From: Candidatus Bathyarchaeia archaeon
Lineage (GTDB): Archaea; Thermoproteota; CALKCG01; B24; JAGTQN01
Direction of reading: 5' to 3'
Assembly (NCBI GenBank): GCA_038850515.1
Contig: JAWCLV010000003.1
Span: forward strand, 1,620-65,619
Length of the DNA stretch: 64,000 nucleotides
The position numbers were made by a program, and so were the translations under genes. How positions within the stretch are numbered: position 1 is the first letter of the stretch; each line of letters starts with the position of its first letter. Below the pieces are notes generated by a model, which was given only the letters and a program-made list of their open reading frames with translations, searched no databases and was not told the origin of the DNA. Positions 27,223 to 36,512 of the stretch are shown here, in pieces.

Positions 27223-28131
27223 ATGAAGCTCAAGGAATCAACCCTTCAGAAGGCGTTCCTCAAAGATTCCCTAACCGAGAGGCTTGCGAAGGGCCTCTTC
27301 CTTCTATGCGCTTTTGCGGTAATATTTGTTACACTCCTCATAACGATTTTCCTCTTCAAGGAAGGCATACCCGCCCTTATTCAGGTGCCCCTATGGGAGA
27401 TTTTCTCAGGAACTGTATGGCAACCCTCAGCCCAGGTTCCCAAGTTTGGAATTCTCCCCCTCGTCACTGGCTCGACGGTCATTACTGTTACAACCCTCAT
27501 CCTAGCAACTCCTATAGGCGTTGGTATTGCTTTGTATCTATCCGAGTTCAGTCATCCCCTCGAAAGGGAGGTCCTGAAGCCCCTTGTGGAACTCCTCGCA
27601 GCCATTCCTTCCGTGGTCTTCGGTTTCTTCGCCCTCACTGTAGTGAGCGGTTGGATACATAGCCTCTTTCGCATGGGGACGAGGCTAAATGCCCTGAATG
27701 GGATCCTTGTCCTCAGCTTGATGGTGCTTCCGACAATAGCGAGTATCTCAGAAGATGCCCTGAACTCCGTGCCTAGGGACTTGAAAGAGGCTGCCTATGC
27801 CCTTGGAGCTACGAAGCTACAGGTCCTCAAAAGGGTTGTCCTGCCCTACTCCGGAAGGGGCATTCTCGTAGCGATCCTGCTGGCCTTTGGCAGGGCAATC
27901 GGAGAAACGATGGCTGTCCTTATGGCTACGGGGAACGCAGCTGTCATAAGCCTCAACTTACTCACCTCGATGGAGACGATGACGGCCGCCATAGCCATTG
28001 AGATGGGCGAAGTTGTCTTCGGCTCGCTACACTACCAGATGCTCTTCCTTTTGGGAATAATTCTCTTTCTCATATCGACTGCTGTGAACCTTGTAGCCGA
28101 CTACTTAGTGACGAGAGGTAAGGTAGATTGA
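27223..28131 (+). CDS. pstC: Phosphate ABC transporter permease PstC
   Basis: Multi-TM protein with the EAA-loop region [33 protein letters not shown]. Confidence 0.9.
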   Translation: MKLKESTLQKAFLKDSLTERLAKGLFLLCAFAVIFVTLLITIFLFKEGIPALIQVPLWEIFSGTVWQPSAQVPKFGILPLVTGSTVITVTTLILATPIGVGIALYLSEFSHPLEREVLKPLVELLAAIPSVVFGFFALTVVSGWIHSLFRMGTRLNALNGILVLSLMVLPTIASISEDALNSVPRDLKEAAYALGATKLQVLKRVVLPYSGRGILVAILLAFGRAIGETMAVLMATGNAAVISLNLLTSMETMTAAIAIEMGEVVFGSLHYQMLFLLGIILFLISTAVNLVADYLVTRGKVD

Positions 28132-28132
28132 C

Positions 28133-28990
28133 ATGAATATGAAAGATAGGCTTCAAGAAGCCCTCGTTGTCCTCGCCTTGAGGCTGACAGTCGGCATCGC
28201 CCTTCTAGGGCTCCTCGCAGTGTTCTTCGATATCGCATACAAGGGTGCAGGCGTCCTCAGTTGGGAATTCCTCACGGAACCCCCAAGGCAAGGAATGATG
28301 GCCGGCGGAATCTTTCCGGCTATCATAGGCTCCGTATACCTGGTAGGGCTTTCCCTTGCCGTCTCCGTTCCCTTAGGCATCCTATCAGCCATTTACCTAG
28401 CCGAGTATGCGCATCATGGGCGCCTTACCCGAGCTGTGGATATCTCGATCCGTAACCTAGCGGGGACGCCCTCCATCGTCTTCGGCCTCTTCGGCCTAGG
28501 GCTTTTCGTTAACTTCTTAGGCTTCAGGCAATCCCTCCTATCAGGCGCCCTGACCTTGGCATGTATGTCCCTACCTGTGACGATCACAACAAGTCGAGAG
28601 GCGCTATTGGCTGTACCGAATGAGTTCAGAGAGGCTGCCTATGCCCTTGGAGCTACGAAGCTACAGGTCGTGGGCAAGGTTGTCCTACCAAACGCCCTAT
28701 CGGGCATACTGACAGGCATCGTCCTTTCCTCATCTAGGGTCATCGGCGAGACAGCACCCATAATGTTAACCGCTGCAGCCTACTATGCGCCATCGCTTCC
28801 ATCCTCACCCTTCGACAGGGTGATGGCTCTACCTTTCCATCTCTTCGTAATGGCAACCCAGTCACCGAATCCTCTGAAGACAGCCCCTATCCAGTATGGC
28901 ACTTCCCTAGTTCTATTGCTATTAGCCGTTGGGCTGAACTCCGTAGCCCTTCTCATAAGGGCAAAGCGTAGGAGGCTTAAGGCATGGTGA
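28133..28990 (+). CDS. pstA: Phosphate ABC transporter permease PstA
   Basis: The second permease, with [33 protein letters not shown]. Start is 2 nt after the pstC stop. Confidence 0.9.
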   Translation: MNMKDRLQEALVVLALRLTVGIALLGLLAVFFDIAYKGAGVLSWEFLTEPPRQGMMAGGIFPAIIGSVYLVGLSLAVSVPLGILSAIYLAEYAHHGRLTRAVDISIRNLAGTPSIVFGLFGLGLFVNFLGFRQSLLSGALTLACMSLPVTITTSREALLAVPNEFREAAYALGATKLQVVGKVVLPNALSGILTGIVLSSSRVIGETAPIMLTAAAYYAPSLPSSPFDRVMALPFHLFVMATQSPNPLKTAPIQYGTSLVLLLLAVGLNSVALLIRAKRRRLKAW

Positions 28991-29745
28991 TGGATCCTAA
29001 GATCGAAGTTAAAGACCTATGCGTTAGTTACGGCAGCAAGCCCGTACTGAAACATGTATCCTTAATTATTCCGAAGAACGAGATCACGGCCATAATAGGG
29101 CCTTCAGGCTGTGGAAAATCCACTTTGATAAAAGCGCTAAACAGGATGATTGAACTCGTCCCTGGAGCAAAGGTTACTGGACGAGTACTTCTTGACGGTC
29201 AAGATATCTATGCGCCTAGCATCGATCCAGTGACGATCCGGAGAAGGATAGGAATGGTCTTCCAAAAGCCTAACCCCTTTCCTGCATCGATATACGATAA
29301 CGTCGCCTTCGGTCCGAGGATTCTGGGAGTAAGAGATCGGAAGAAACTGGATAAAATCGTCGAGGAGAGCCTCGTTAGGGCGAACCTATGGGAAGAGGCA
29401 AAGGATAGATTGAAGGAGAATGCCCTAGCCCTCTCGGGCGGCCAGCAGCAGAGGCTCTGCATCGCCCGTGCCTTAGCTACACATCCAGAGGTTCTTCTGC
29501 TTGACGAGCCAGCTTCAGCTTTGGATCCAATAAGCACGGCGAGGGTGGAGGATCTCCTTAAGGATCTCAAGGATGAGGTCACGATCGTCTTGGTGACGCA
29601 TAACATGCAACAGGCCATAAGGGTTTCGGATAGGACGGCTTTCATGCTCCTAGGTGAACTTATCGAGTTCAACTCTACCACGGAACTCTTCGAGCATCCC
29701 AGCAGCGAGAAGACGGAGGCTTACATAACTGGTAAATTCGGCTAG
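28984..29745 (+). CDS. pstB: Phosphate ABC transporter ATP-binding protein PstB
   Basis: Walker [10 protein letters not shown], signature [15 protein letters not shown], Walker [12 protein letters not shown], and a PstB-type C-terminus ([10 protein letters not shown]). Confidence 0.95.
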   Translation: MVMDPKIEVKDLCVSYGSKPVLKHVSLIIPKNEITAIIGPSGCGKSTLIKALNRMIELVPGAKVTGRVLLDGQDIYAPSIDPVTIRRRIGMVFQKPNPFPASIYDNVAFGPRILGVRDRKKLDKIVEESLVRANLWEEAKDRLKENALALSGGQQQRLCIARALATHPEVLLLDEPASALDPISTARVEDLLKDLKDEVTIVLVTHNMQQAIRVSDRTAFMLLGELIEFNSTTELFEHPSSEKTEAYITGKFG

Positions 29746-29766
29746 GTTGGACTAGGTATAGGAGAT

Positions 29767-30474
29767 ATGATGCGTATGGGAAAGAAGCACTATGTAAAGG
29801 AGTTTGACATAGAACTCGAGAAGCTCAAGTCTTCAGTTTACCGGATGGCTCAGATCGCGGAAACGCAACTCCAAGACGTTATGGAGGCGCTCAGAAGGAT
29901 GAGCCATAAGGGGGCGGAAGGCATAATCGCCGCGGATGAGGGGGTTGACCATATCGAATATTCCCTAGAGAACCTATGCGTCGAGCTTCTTGCTAGGATG
30001 CAACCCCTCGCCAGCGACCTAAGGCTGATAACGACGACCCTCAAGATCATCACGGATCTAGACCGAATAAGCGATTATAGCGTCGACATTGCCCTTAGGA
30101 TCCAGCAATTGACATCGACGCTTCCTGAGCCGGTTTTCAAAAGGTTATACGAAATGAGCAAAATTTCGCAGGAAATGCTGAAGTTTGCCATTCAGGCTTA
30201 TGTCTCCGGAGCCCTTGAAGGCTTGGAAGACAATGTAAAGAAGAGGGAGGAGCGTGTCGATGACCTCTTCCATGAATTCATTTCCAAACCCCTACTAGGG
30301 TTTCCGGAAGAAAATGTAGGCCATCTTCCTGTCGTGAGCACAGTCCTCATTTCGAAGTACCTTGAAAGGATCGCCGACCATTGTACAAACATAGCCTCAA
30401 GGGTTTACTACATGGTTGAGGGACGGAGGGTAAACCTAAACCTTAGAACTAGACCTGAGCTCGTAAGGGGCTGA
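29767..30474 (+). CDS. phoU: Phosphate uptake regulator PhoU
   Basis: Two PhoU repeats (ASDLRLITTTLKIITDLDRISDYSVDIA and VLISKYLERIADHCTNIA). Confidence 0.9.
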   Translation: MMRMGKKHYVKEFDIELEKLKSSVYRMAQIAETQLQDVMEALRRMSHKGAEGIIAADEGVDHIEYSLENLCVELLARMQPLASDLRLITTTLKIITDLDRISDYSVDIALRIQQLTSTLPEPVFKRLYEMSKISQEMLKFAIQAYVSGALEGLEDNVKKREERVDDLFHEFISKPLLGFPEENVGHLPVVSTVLISKYLERIADHCTNIASRVYYMVEGRRVNLNLRTRPELVRG

Positions 30475-30479
30475 TGTAG

Positions 30480-30511
30480 GGTTTATGGAGTTTCGTCAAG
30501 ATCCATAAACC
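30480..30511 (+). terminator. Perfect 10-bp stem hairpin 6 nt after the phoU stop (possible operon terminator or stabiliser)
   Basis: ggtttatgga (30480-30489), a 12-nt loop, then tccataaacc (30502-30511). Confidence 0.35.
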
Positions 30512-30693
30512 TCGCATCCATTCTTCCTACCTTACGCTGCAAAGGGATTCATTCTAAAGCTTTAGAATGGTTGCGATATCTCTCTATCTTTCTCGTATCA
30601 TTAGTTCAAGCCCAAGGTTACTCGCGTTGGCCCTTACCCTTTGCACGATTTTCTCTAGCTTCTCTTAAGTAGACCTATGCTAAAGATCTCGTT

Positions 30694-31035
30694 TCAAACG
30701 GACATTCCCTTCTCCTGACGATGCTGGGCTTCTTCAGGCGTTGGGATCTTTCCAAAGGTTCTTTCGTATTCAGCTATATGGCCTGTAAGCCATTTGGCGA
30801 TGCTTTTAGCTTGGACAGGATCCATTAGCAGTCTGCATTGAAGAGTGCGGCGAATACGGACCTTGGATGGATCCCCCCTTAGGGTCGCCAGAGCATCCTC
30901 AGCCACCATCTCGTCCGTGTATACAATAGCTTCGAAGAAACCAGGTCTATGGCCACCGAAAAGGCCATTTACTAAGATCGTGCGGTAGTTTGGGTCCTTT
31001 GCCACTTCAACCTTCGGCTCCAATTGTCCTGACAT
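30694..31035 (-). CDS. DUF3467-like small protein
   Basis: 113 aa. YRTILVNGLFGGHRPGFFEAIVY...RLLMDPVQAKSIAKWLTGHIAEYERTFGKIP resembles the DUF3467 pattern (..P..AK.L...L...I..YE..FG.I). Confidence 0.5.
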   Translation of the reverse strand: MSGQLEPKVEVAKDPNYRTILVNGLFGGHRPGFFEAIVYTDEMVAEDALATLRGDPSKVRIRRTLQCRLLMDPVQAKSIAKWLTGHIAEYERTFGKIPTPEEAQHRQEKGMSV

Positions 31036-31794
31036 TTGCCTTCGTTAAATCCTTTGCCTCGGCATCTTAAGGCTTTGCCCCTGGCTTATTAGGAAAACAA
31101 TTGAATTAGAATCTTTCGTTATGGTAAAGGGTTAGGATCCTTCTTTTTGATGAGTTTGTTAGTATCTATTTTTAGGTGAATTTATTGTATTATCTTTTGA
31201 CGATTTTTTATTTTCTCTATGGTTTTTAGGGCTCCCTTTCTTGGGCTAGATTGTGCCTTCTTATGGATGTTCAGAGTGAATGCGTAAAGTAGAGCCAAAG
31301 GTTGTACCGGACTTGGCTACTTCCCTATGGACTGCCATGAAGGGTCTAAGGATTGAGAACCTAACCCCCTCACATTCTTTCACATGAGCCTTTCATCTCC
31401 CCTTACGTACGTCGAAAGAATAGTTGAAGACTTCATGCCTGAACAGAGGCCAGCCTTCCCGAGGCATCGGTGGGACGGGTAATCGTCGCTATAGATGTAG
31501 ATGGTACTTCCCTCGCTGCGCCTATATATCCCATCCTTACCTTAACAACCTCCAAAACCGTATTGGCCTTGGAATTGATGGACCGAAAGCCTCCCCGAAC
31601 TTTCCAAGAACCCGATTTGCTCCGTATATAGTTCCATCGATACCGCATTCACTGCTGTTGCAGGCTTTTTATTTCACTTCCTTCATCGAAGCGCCAGAGC
31701 CCCAAAGCTCGGATGAGTGAAAGCGAAGAACGGAAAGTTCCAACCTTTAATAAATTTAAGTAACGTGGGTACTTTCTTTCTGTGGTTGGCGTCC

Positions 31795-32151
31795 ATGGGC
31801 TTCATTAAGGTTAGATTCGGGGTTTTCAATCCCCGATCGCCTGATAAAACCTTGGAGGTCGAGGGCATCGTCGATACAGGCGCCATATACAGCGTCATCC
31901 CACGAAAGTCCCTCACGGATTTGGGCATCAAGCCCCTTGAAAGGAGGAGGTTCAGAACCTTCGGCGGATACATCGAGAGGGACCTGGGAGAGGCTGGAAT
32001 GGAACTTCTAGGAAGGAGGAGAACGGTGACCGTAGTTATGGGCGACTTGGAGGATCAGGTCGTCCTGGGCGTGACGGCCTTGGAGTCCTTCGGTCTTGAG
32101 GCCGATCCTGTAAGGGGAACGCTGAAAGAGGCAGAACTTTTACTTCTGTAG
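31795..32151 (+). CDS. Retropepsin-like (clan AA) aspartic protease
   Basis: EVEGIVDTGAIYSVIPRKSL carries the D-T-G-A active-site motif and LGVTALESFGL is C-terminal. The ATG at 31795 is preferred over the GTG at 31717 listed in the track. Confidence 0.65.
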   Translation: MGFIKVRFGVFNPRSPDKTLEVEGIVDTGAIYSVIPRKSLTDLGIKPLERRRFRTFGGYIERDLGEAGMELLGRRRTVTVVMGDLEDQVVLGVTALESFGLEADPVRGTLKEAELLLL

Positions 32152-32678
32152 ATGATTTCAAGTAATCGCAGAAAGCCTTCCTTAGCCTTCCCTAGCTTCC
32201 CACTTCCATGGTAGCTTCCATCGTCCCCGAAGGATACTTCCTATGGCTATTCCTTTAGAAAGGATCCCTTGGAATTGAGGACCAGAAGGTTCGAGCCTCA
32301 GGAGGTCCCTGGAGGTTCTCCATGGGCTTCCTCGGAGGGCCTCGATGTCCCCTTGGAGGAGGAAGCGAAAGGGGGTCTACGGTCTCCATTCTTCGTTCAG
32401 ACTTCAAGGCCATAGGAATTTGAGACTTAGTCAGAGTATCTTTGACTATACCTAAAAAGGACTTAGAATTGGCTCGTAAGTATAGAATAAACCTCTTTCT
32501 CATTAATTAGAAAAGGTTTAGAGACCTTCCTTCGTTCAGACTTAAAAAGAAGGGCAAAACAAATGCCTATTCCAAAAATAATGAGCGCGGGGCGTGGGAT
32601 TTCAGTATTAATTTACTGGTAAATGTTGCTTTATAACACAATTCCAGGTCGAACAGGAACATGAATTGATATAAGCAT

Positions 32679-32993
32679 CTAATCTTTCGCCTTTCTGAAA
32701 TCACAAAAGTAAAGGTGATACGCTGAAGGGAAAAGAGTGTTTATATCTATTCTGGCGTAGTGTAATTTGAAGTTTCTTTTCACCTTAATACCTTCAAGAA
32801 ACGTCTCCAATAAGTTAAATGAACGATTATTATTAAAACCATATTTCTCATTGTATTTTATTTCGTACTCGCTCCAACATATGTATTCCATAGGCAAATC
32901 ATGCACTTTCTTTCTCAAATCGCGAGACAAAATTGTCAAAATGAAAATGTCCGGTTGCTTGTTAAACACATCTTCGAGTATAGATAGCGTCAT
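32679..32993 (-). CDS. Hypothetical protein (possible 3' half of a frameshifted nuclease-like gene)
   Basis: 104-aa AT-rich ORF (…KQPDIFILTILSRDL…). Its frame is open upstream and overlaps the end of ORF 33023..33367. Confidence 0.35.
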   Translation of the reverse strand: MTLSILEDVFNKQPDIFILTILSRDLRKKVHDLPMEYICWSEYEIKYNEKYGFNNNRSFNLLETFLEGIKVKRNFKLHYARIDINTLFPSAYHLYFCDFRKAKD

Positions 32994-33022
32994 ACTCCAA
33001 CTATAAGACTTGTGCTCCCTTT

Positions 33023-33367
33023 TTAAGGAGTTAAGCGTGAATAGAGCTTATCAAGGTCCCATTGGCTCTTATTCATCTCTTTTTCAAGTCTATTTCTAAG
33101 ATCACACTCGTAATAGAATTTTATTTCAATTGTAGTTCCATTTACAACTAAATCATACCAATAATTCTTTTCTTGAGATTTTTCAAGAATAACATTGGAA
33201 CCCTGTTTGTACAAATGTTTTGCCAAAATATAGCACATAGGACGCTCTTGTTTGATGTGCACACCATAACAGCTCAATTCCTTAAGTTCTTCTACGTACG
33301 AGTCAGAAAGAAAAATCCTTTTTAAGTCATCGATCTCTAGCCACTTTTGCCCCTTCACTCCTTCCAT
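33023..33367 (-). CDS. Hypothetical protein with a PD-(D/E)xK-like motif
   Basis: YWYDLVVNGTTIEIKFYYE fits the D...(D/E)-x-K core of restriction-endonuclease-fold nucleases. AT-rich. Confidence 0.4.
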   Translation of the reverse strand: MEGVKGQKWLEIDDLKRIFLSDSYVEELKELSCYGVHIKQERPMCYILAKHLYKQGSNVILEKSQEKNYWYDLVVNGTTIEIKFYYECDLRNRLEKEMNKSQWDLDKLYSRLTP

Positions 33368-33496
33368 AGACTTGCTCCACTCAATAACATTGGCTTATAA
33401 TAAGGTTGGACTACATTAAAGTTAAGTATTTTCCGGCACTCTATTTCGATATCTGGTGACCAGTGTGGTGTTTCATGGATACAGCACGTAAATTAG

Positions 33497-33617
33497 TGCG
33501 GGGGGTGGGATTCGAACCCACGAAGGGCTACCCCACGGGATCTTGAGTCCCGCGCATCTGGCCATCGAAATGTTTAACGTCGCATCGATCGTTTCGACCT
33601 GGCTCTGCTACCCCCGC
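33497..33617 (-). tRNA. tRNA-Leu(CAA): tRNA-Leu (anticodon CAA, complement of 33543-33545) with an insertion of about 36 nt in the D-arm
   Basis: The reverse complement gives GCGGGGG-TA-GCA-GAGCCAGGTC[...]AGA-TGC-G-CGGGA-CTCAAGA-TCCCG, a long variable arm (TGGGGTAGCCCTTCGT), GTGGG-TTCGAAT-CCCAC-CCCCCGC-A. The gene is 121 nt against about 85 expected. Confidence 0.85.
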
Positions 33618-33711
33618 TCAAAATCAAGTTCGAAGAAGCCTCTCATAAAGTTTGACGTTCTGCTCCCAACGCCTATCTGTGCCAAGCTCCAAAGCCCATA
33701 AGCCTTAAAGG

Positions 33712-34491
33712 CTAGGCTTCTTCGACCTTCCTTTCGGCCTTAGTCTCGAAATCCTCTATGGAAACGGGAAGGTCCTTATCTTCTGGTAGCTCCTTCCGAT
33801 TCCTCAGAACCTGCCTAGCCAGAAGCCAAAATATGGTAGCCAAGGCTCTCCTTCCTTTGTTATTGCATGGAATTACCAGATCAACATTGCTTATTATGTT
33901 ATCCGTGTCGCAAAGGGCTACCACAGGCACGCCCATCTCCGATGCCTCCTTTACGGGCTGTTCATCAGCCCTTGGGTCCGTGACTACCACAACCTTCGGT
34001 TCCACATAGGTTTGAAGCAGGGGGTTCGTAAAGGTTCCCGGCATGAAGCGCCCAGCTATTGGAATGGCGCCCGTAAGTTCACAGAACTTCTGAACTGGAC
34101 CCTGCCCATAGAGCCTTGTCGAAACCACAACGATTTCCTTAGGATCGAACCTAGCCAAAAAGGATGCAGCAACTTTGATCTTTTCGTTGATCTTGGCGAT
34201 GTCTAGGATGAAAAGGCCATCCGGGCGAACCCGGAAAATATAGGGCTCCATATCCCTCGTTTTCATCCTCGTTCCGATCTGGATGCCCGTTCCAAGGAGG
34301 GTATCCAAAGGAAGGAGGAGCCCCGGAATTTCTTGGGCTAATTCCCTTTCCTTTGTAGTTGCCTCTGGTTCTTGTTCGGGCTCTGAGCCCGATTCTGATT
34401 CTGATTCTGGGTCTGGGTCTGGCGCTTGATCTGGATCTGGATCTAGTTCAGATTCCAATTTCGTTTCTTTGTTCATCTTGACACCTATCAT
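33712..34491 (-). CDS. rps2: 30S ribosomal protein S2 (uS2) with an acidic low-complexity N-terminal extension
   Basis: LLLPLDTLLGTGIQIGTRMKTRDMEPYIFRVRPDGLFILDI...VVVTDPRADEQPVKEASEMGVPVVALCDTDN...IPCNNKGRRALATIFWLLAR. The track ORF is over-extended into enolase. The likely start is ATG 34491 or 34476. Confidence 0.9.
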   Translation of the reverse strand: MIGVKMNKETKLESELDPDPDQAPDPDPESESESGSEPEQEPEATTKERELAQEIPGLLLPLDTLLGTGIQIGTRMKTRDMEPYIFRVRPDGLFILDIAKINEKIKVAASFLARFDPKEIVVVSTRLYGQGPVQKFCELTGAIPIAGRFMPGTFTNPLLQTYVEPKVVVVTDPRADEQPVKEASEMGVPVVALCDTDNIISNVDLVIPCNNKGRRALATIFWLLARQVLRNRKELPEDKDLPVSIEDFETKAERKVEEA

Positions 34492-34514
34492 TCCGTATAT
34501 TGATCCTTTTTCTT

Positions 34515-35774
34515 TTAGCCGATCCTTAGCTCCGCAAGGCGAGCTTCCTCGCCCAGGAACTCCTCGATCCTGAGGAGCTCGTTGATTTTCGCTATCCTTT
34601 CCCCTCCTAAGACCCCCGTCTTCACAAGGGGACAACCAAAGGCTATAGCCAGATGGGCCAGATGCGTATCCGTCGTTTCCCCGGAGCGATGGCTGAAGAT
34701 CGGAACATATCCCCTTGCCTTCGCAAGATCCACCGTTTCCTTAGATCTGGTGATCGTCCCCACTTGGTTTGGCTTGATGATCAAGGCGTTACAAGCCTTC
34801 GATTCAATGCCTTTCTTAAGCCTATGGACATTCGTAACGAAGAGATCGTCGCCACAGATGAGGCAGTCCTTTGCCTTACGAGTGAGCTCGGCGAAGCCTT
34901 CAAAGTCCTCCTCGTGGAGGGGATCCTCTACATAGAAAAGTTTGTATTCCGATATTTTTCCGAGGATATAGTCTATCTGCTCACCGGGGCTTTTGGACCT
35001 TTCATGATTGTAAACGTAAACGCCTGATTTCTCATCCCATAGGGAGGAGGAGGCCACATCGACACCAAACCTAATCTCGAAGCCCACTTCCTCCGATACG
35101 AGTTCAACAGCCTTCGAAACTAGCTCAAAGGCCTTTTCGTTGCTAAGGGCTGGAGCCCAGGCTCCTTCATCTCCCCTACCGCCAAAGAAGGGGATGTCCT
35201 CCTTCTCCAAGAGGCTTCTTAGGGTTTTATGGACCTTTATATTGGCTAAGGCTCCTTCCCTGAAGCTCTTTGCGCCTAAGGGGCTTACTAGAAATTCTTG
35301 GATGTCCGGAGCCCCTTTTCCTGCATGCTTCCCACCTCCTAGAACATTTCCAAGGGGGAAGGGGAGCCTCCGCGTGAGGGCTCCGGAGAGGTGCTGGAAG
35401 AGGGGAATAGCCAAGGATGTGGAGGCCGCTTCAGCAACAGCTAAGGAAACAGCATAGGCGACGTTCCCTCCGATCCTGGAGAAGTTATCCGTTCCATCGA
35501 TTCGGATCAGGGTTCTATCGATGGTTTCTTGCTGGATGGTATCCAAGCCTATAAGCTCAGGGGCCACCTGTTCCCTGAAGCGTTTAACAGCCTCAGAGAT
35601 TCCCCCTGGAGGATAGGATACGACCTCCCAGCGTCCCTTGCTAGCCCCAGCGGGAGCTGCCGCTGATCCGAAGCCACCCGGAGTATCGATTTCAACTTCG
35701 ACGGTTTCATTCCCTCGGCTATCGAAGACGATTCGGCACCTAGCTTCTTCGATTATCGTATATCCTTCTGCCAA
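34515..35774 (-). CDS. eno: Enolase (phosphopyruvate hydratase)
   Basis: SHRSGETTDTHLAHLAIA, IIKPNQVGT and GDDLFVTN are enolase signature regions. Confidence 0.95.
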   Translation of the reverse strand: MAEGYTIIEEARCRIVFDSRGNETVEVEIDTPGGFGSAAAPAGASKGRWEVVSYPPGGISEAVKRFREQVAPELIGLDTIQQETIDRTLIRIDGTDNFSRIGGNVAYAVSLAVAEAASTSLAIPLFQHLSGALTRRLPFPLGNVLGGGKHAGKGAPDIQEFLVSPLGAKSFREGALANIKVHKTLRSLLEKEDIPFFGGRGDEGAWAPALSNEKAFELVSKAVELVSEEVGFEIRFGVDVASSSLWDEKSGVYVYNHERSKSPGEQIDYILGKISEYKLFYVEDPLHEEDFEGFAELTRKAKDCLICGDDLFVTNVHRLKKGIESKACNALIIKPNQVGTITRSKETVDLAKARGYVPIFSHRSGETTDTHLAHLAIAFGCPLVKTGVLGGERIAKINELLRIEEFLGEEARLAELRIG

Positions 35775-35809
35775 GGAAAACGCCTCCTACCCCACCCTAA
35801 ACAACCAAC

Positions 35810-36064
35810 CTAACCTAAGCTTTCTCCTTCCTTTTCTCCTTCCTTTTCCCTTTTATCTACCATGGATTTAGTGAAGTACTTAAGGACATCGTCTATGACT
35901 TCCACATGGCTTAGGAGGGTTGATCGACAACAATACCTTCGCACGCCAAGATCGTCCAAAACCTTTCCGGCATCCTCTCCGTCTTTAATCCTTCTTTCAA
36001 ATTCCTCCCATTTGTGGCCCACGAGGGCACCGCAAGAAAAGCATCTTACTGGTATCATTCCCAA
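35810..36064 (-). CDS. rpoN: DNA-directed RNA polymerase subunit N (Rpo10) with a Glu/Lys-rich C-terminal tail
   Basis: [20 protein letters not shown]...[20 protein letters not shown]. Confidence 0.9.
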   Translation of the reverse strand: MGMIPVRCFSCGALVGHKWEEFERRIKDGEDAGKVLDDLGVRRYCCRSTLLSHVEVIDDVLKYFTKSMVDKREKEGEKEGESLG

Positions 36065-36098
36065 TCAGATCACGCTTCCCGATTAAGCCTTTCCGGAA

Positions 36099-36512
36099 TC
36101 ACCTATAGCTCTTCTGCCTCCTCCGCCTAGCCCCCCTTCCTCCGAATTTCTTCGGTTCCTTGAATCGAGCATCTCCAGAGAGCATTGTCTTATCGTATTT
36201 TCTGAAAAGATCCTTTAAGGTCGAGCTCTTCATCCATTTCACGAGGCCTCGGGCAATAGCCATCCTCACGGCTTCGGCCTGACCCATGTAGCCCCCTCCC
36301 CTAACGTTTACATCGATGTCCACATCGGAAATGGCATCCTTTCCGGCTATGAGGATAGGCTCCTCCATCACGTTCTTCGCCATGGGAGGCTGAACGAATT
36401 CGAGCAAAACCTTGTTCACCCTAATCGTTCCACTTCCAGGTTTCAAGACTGCCCTAGCTATGGCAGTCTTCCGCTTTCCAACGGCTATTACGGTCTTCTG
36501 GGGGGGCATCAA
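36099..36512 (-). CDS. rps9: 30S ribosomal protein S9 (uS9)
   Basis: GGGYMGQAEAVRMAIARGL...DARFKEPKKFGGRGARRRRQKSYR. Confidence 0.95.
   Translation of the reverse strand: MMPPQKTVIAVGKRKTAIARAVLKPGSGTIRVNKVLLEFVQPPMAKNVMEEPILIAGKDAISDVDIDVNVRGGGYMGQAEAVRMAIARGLVKWMKSSTLKDLFRKYDKTMLSGDARFKEPKKFGGRGARRRRQKSYR

Larger units (their letters stand above)
32580..33512. mobile_element. AT-rich islet bounded by a 22-bp direct repeat (19/22) that includes the 3' end of tRNA-Leu; probable remnant of an integrated element
   Basis: 33491-33512 (aattagtgcggggggtgggatt) against 32580-32601 (aatgagcgcggggcgtgggatt). The intervening DNA is markedly AT-rich and carries two short adjacent ORFs. No integrase is present. 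Confidence 0.4.
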
